Below are positions 62,585 through 64,000 of a DNA stretch of 64,000 nucleotides, piece after piece (position 1 is the stretch's first letter; every line of letters starts with the position of its first letter). The stretch spans positions 9,240,001 to 9,304,000 of the forward strand of contig CM075991.1 in the NCBI GenBank assembly GCA_038087875.1, given 5' to 3'. The notes beneath the pieces are model-generated. The model ran no database searches, was not told the DNA's origin, and was given only the letters and a program-made list of their open reading frames with translations. Both the position numbers and the translations under genes were made by a program. This DNA comes from Malacoraja senta. Lineage: Eukaryota.

Positions 62585-62692
62585 AAAACAATCCAGGGTT
62601 GTCCAACTCAAAGTTCCTTTAATATTCAGAAATTTACCTCTCAGACTCAAGGTCTGTGAAGTTTAATTGTATTCAGTGCCCCAGACTAGATG

Positions 62693-63095
62693 GGCAACAG
62701 CATGGTGGCACAGCGGTAGAGTTGCTGCCTTACAGCTCCAGAGATCCAGGTTCGATCCTGACTACGGGTGCTGTCTGGGCAGAGTTCGCACTTTCTCCCC
62801 CTCCATGACCTGCGTGGGTTTTCTACGGGTGCTCCGGTTTCCTCCCACACTCCAAAGACATACGGGTTTGTAGGTTAACTGGCTCCAGTAAAAATTGTAC
62901 CTTCTCCCGAGTGTGTCGGATAGTGGTGGTGGGTATGTCACCATGGTTTTGGTTTTGGTTTCGTGTTGAAATTAAATAAATTATTTTTTAACACAAAAAA
63001 AAGTGTGTAGGATAGTGCTAGTGTACGGGGTGACCGCTGGTCAGTGCGGACTCGGTGGGCCGAGGGGCCAGTTTCCGTGCTGTTTCTCTGGAGTC
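62693..63095 (+). mobile_element. V-SINE with a short insertion
   Basis: Matches family. Confidence 0.75.
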
Positions 63096-63552
63096 TAGAG
63101 ATAAAAGGAGAGCAGATGCTGTCAGGGCTCTCAAGGAAGATGTCACAGCTGCTTATTCATCTCGTAAAAATGGCTTCAACACCTCTTTAGTTCATTAGTG
63201 GAACACTGGCTGGATTGTCACCTGATGCAGTTGTTCCCCCTGGAGCCCATTAGTGATAACAGCTGGCCAGCACAGCTCACAATAGCATTTATTCGACAGA
63301 GTTCCTCTGCTCGCCGTATATGGTGAGAATGAGTTACTGCCTTTGATCCGCTGCCTATTGTCTCATCTGTCATTACATCTCCTGCCTGGCTCTCTGCAGG
63401 TGAGTCCAGGATAGAACTGAAGGTTGGACAAAGTTAAGGACACCTCGCCAAGATTGGACCATGATAATCTCACATCTGTTGCGTTTTATAATATGCTAAA
63501 CTGCCTCACTGAAGGAGAAAGCTAGAGGTGTAAGACAGACCGTGATCTCTTA

Positions 63553-63915
63553 AGGGCCTGTCCCACTTGGCCGTCATTTACGCGCCATTTACACGACCTG
63601 GTAGCGTGTGGGTAGTGCGGGACGGGCGCATGGAGTGGCGTGGAGGAGTGTGGAGTTGCGCGCGGTATCGCGCAGTGCGCCAGGATTTCGTGCTGCACGA
63701 AATCTTCACGTGCCATCGGCCTGTCGCGTAAATGACGGCCACGTGGGACAGGGTGATGTTTTGGGTCGAATGGGTGACGTTTCGGGTCGAGACCCTTCTT
63801 CAGACTGAAACATCATCCATTCCTTCTCTCCAGAGAAGCTGCCGGTCCCGTTGAGTTACTCCTGCATTTTGTGTCTATCTTCAATTTAAACCAGCATCTG
63901 CAGCTCATTCCCACA
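63553..63915. mobile_element. Family B MITE (63553-63753) fused to a PLE inverted unit (core 63776-63803, minus)
   Basis: TTA + AGGGCCTGTCCCAC; GTGGGACAGGG runs directly into the PLE arm. Confidence 0.75.
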
Positions 63916-64000
63916 CATTAATTTGGTCTGCCGCTTGCTACTTTTCATTCACCTCTTTATTTTGAATAGGGGCATTACATCTGCAGTTTTTCCAATCACC

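Noticed and set aside
63300..63399. Possible plus-strand exon ending CAG|GTGAGT
   Set aside because: Strong donor only; weak acceptor and no recognisable protein

Overview
Repeat-dominated, gene-poor vertebrate genomic DNA. The repeat set (HE1-type V-SINEs sharing a 3' tail with HER1/CR1 LINEs, SacSINE-like relics) points to a cartilaginous fish, probably a skate or ray (inference). There are two 200-N assembly gaps and no intact cellular gene. A CpG-rich E2F/E-box promoter candidate (~4.8-5.0 kb) and a well-flanked 86-nt minus-strand exon candidate (575-660) suggest the 5' end of a gene running off the left edge. Mobile content: CR1, Rex1/Babar, L2 and L1 LINE fragments, more than 25 V-SINE pieces, about 30 Penelope-like (PLE) terminal fragments, and 16 PIF/Harbinger-type MITEs from several families sharing one 14-bp TIR. 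There is also one degenerate tRNA-Cys. Most notable: (1) two copies of a ~170-nt short retroelement whose 5' end folds into a minimal, P4-less HDV-like ribozyme, with one copy's target-site duplication abutting exactly the predicted cleavage-site G; (2) abundant PLE ends carrying minimal hammerhead-ribozyme cores, often inserted as inverted units with 11-15 bp TSDs. Family names come from motif recognition by eye, not database searches, and boundaries of degenerate repeats are approximate.
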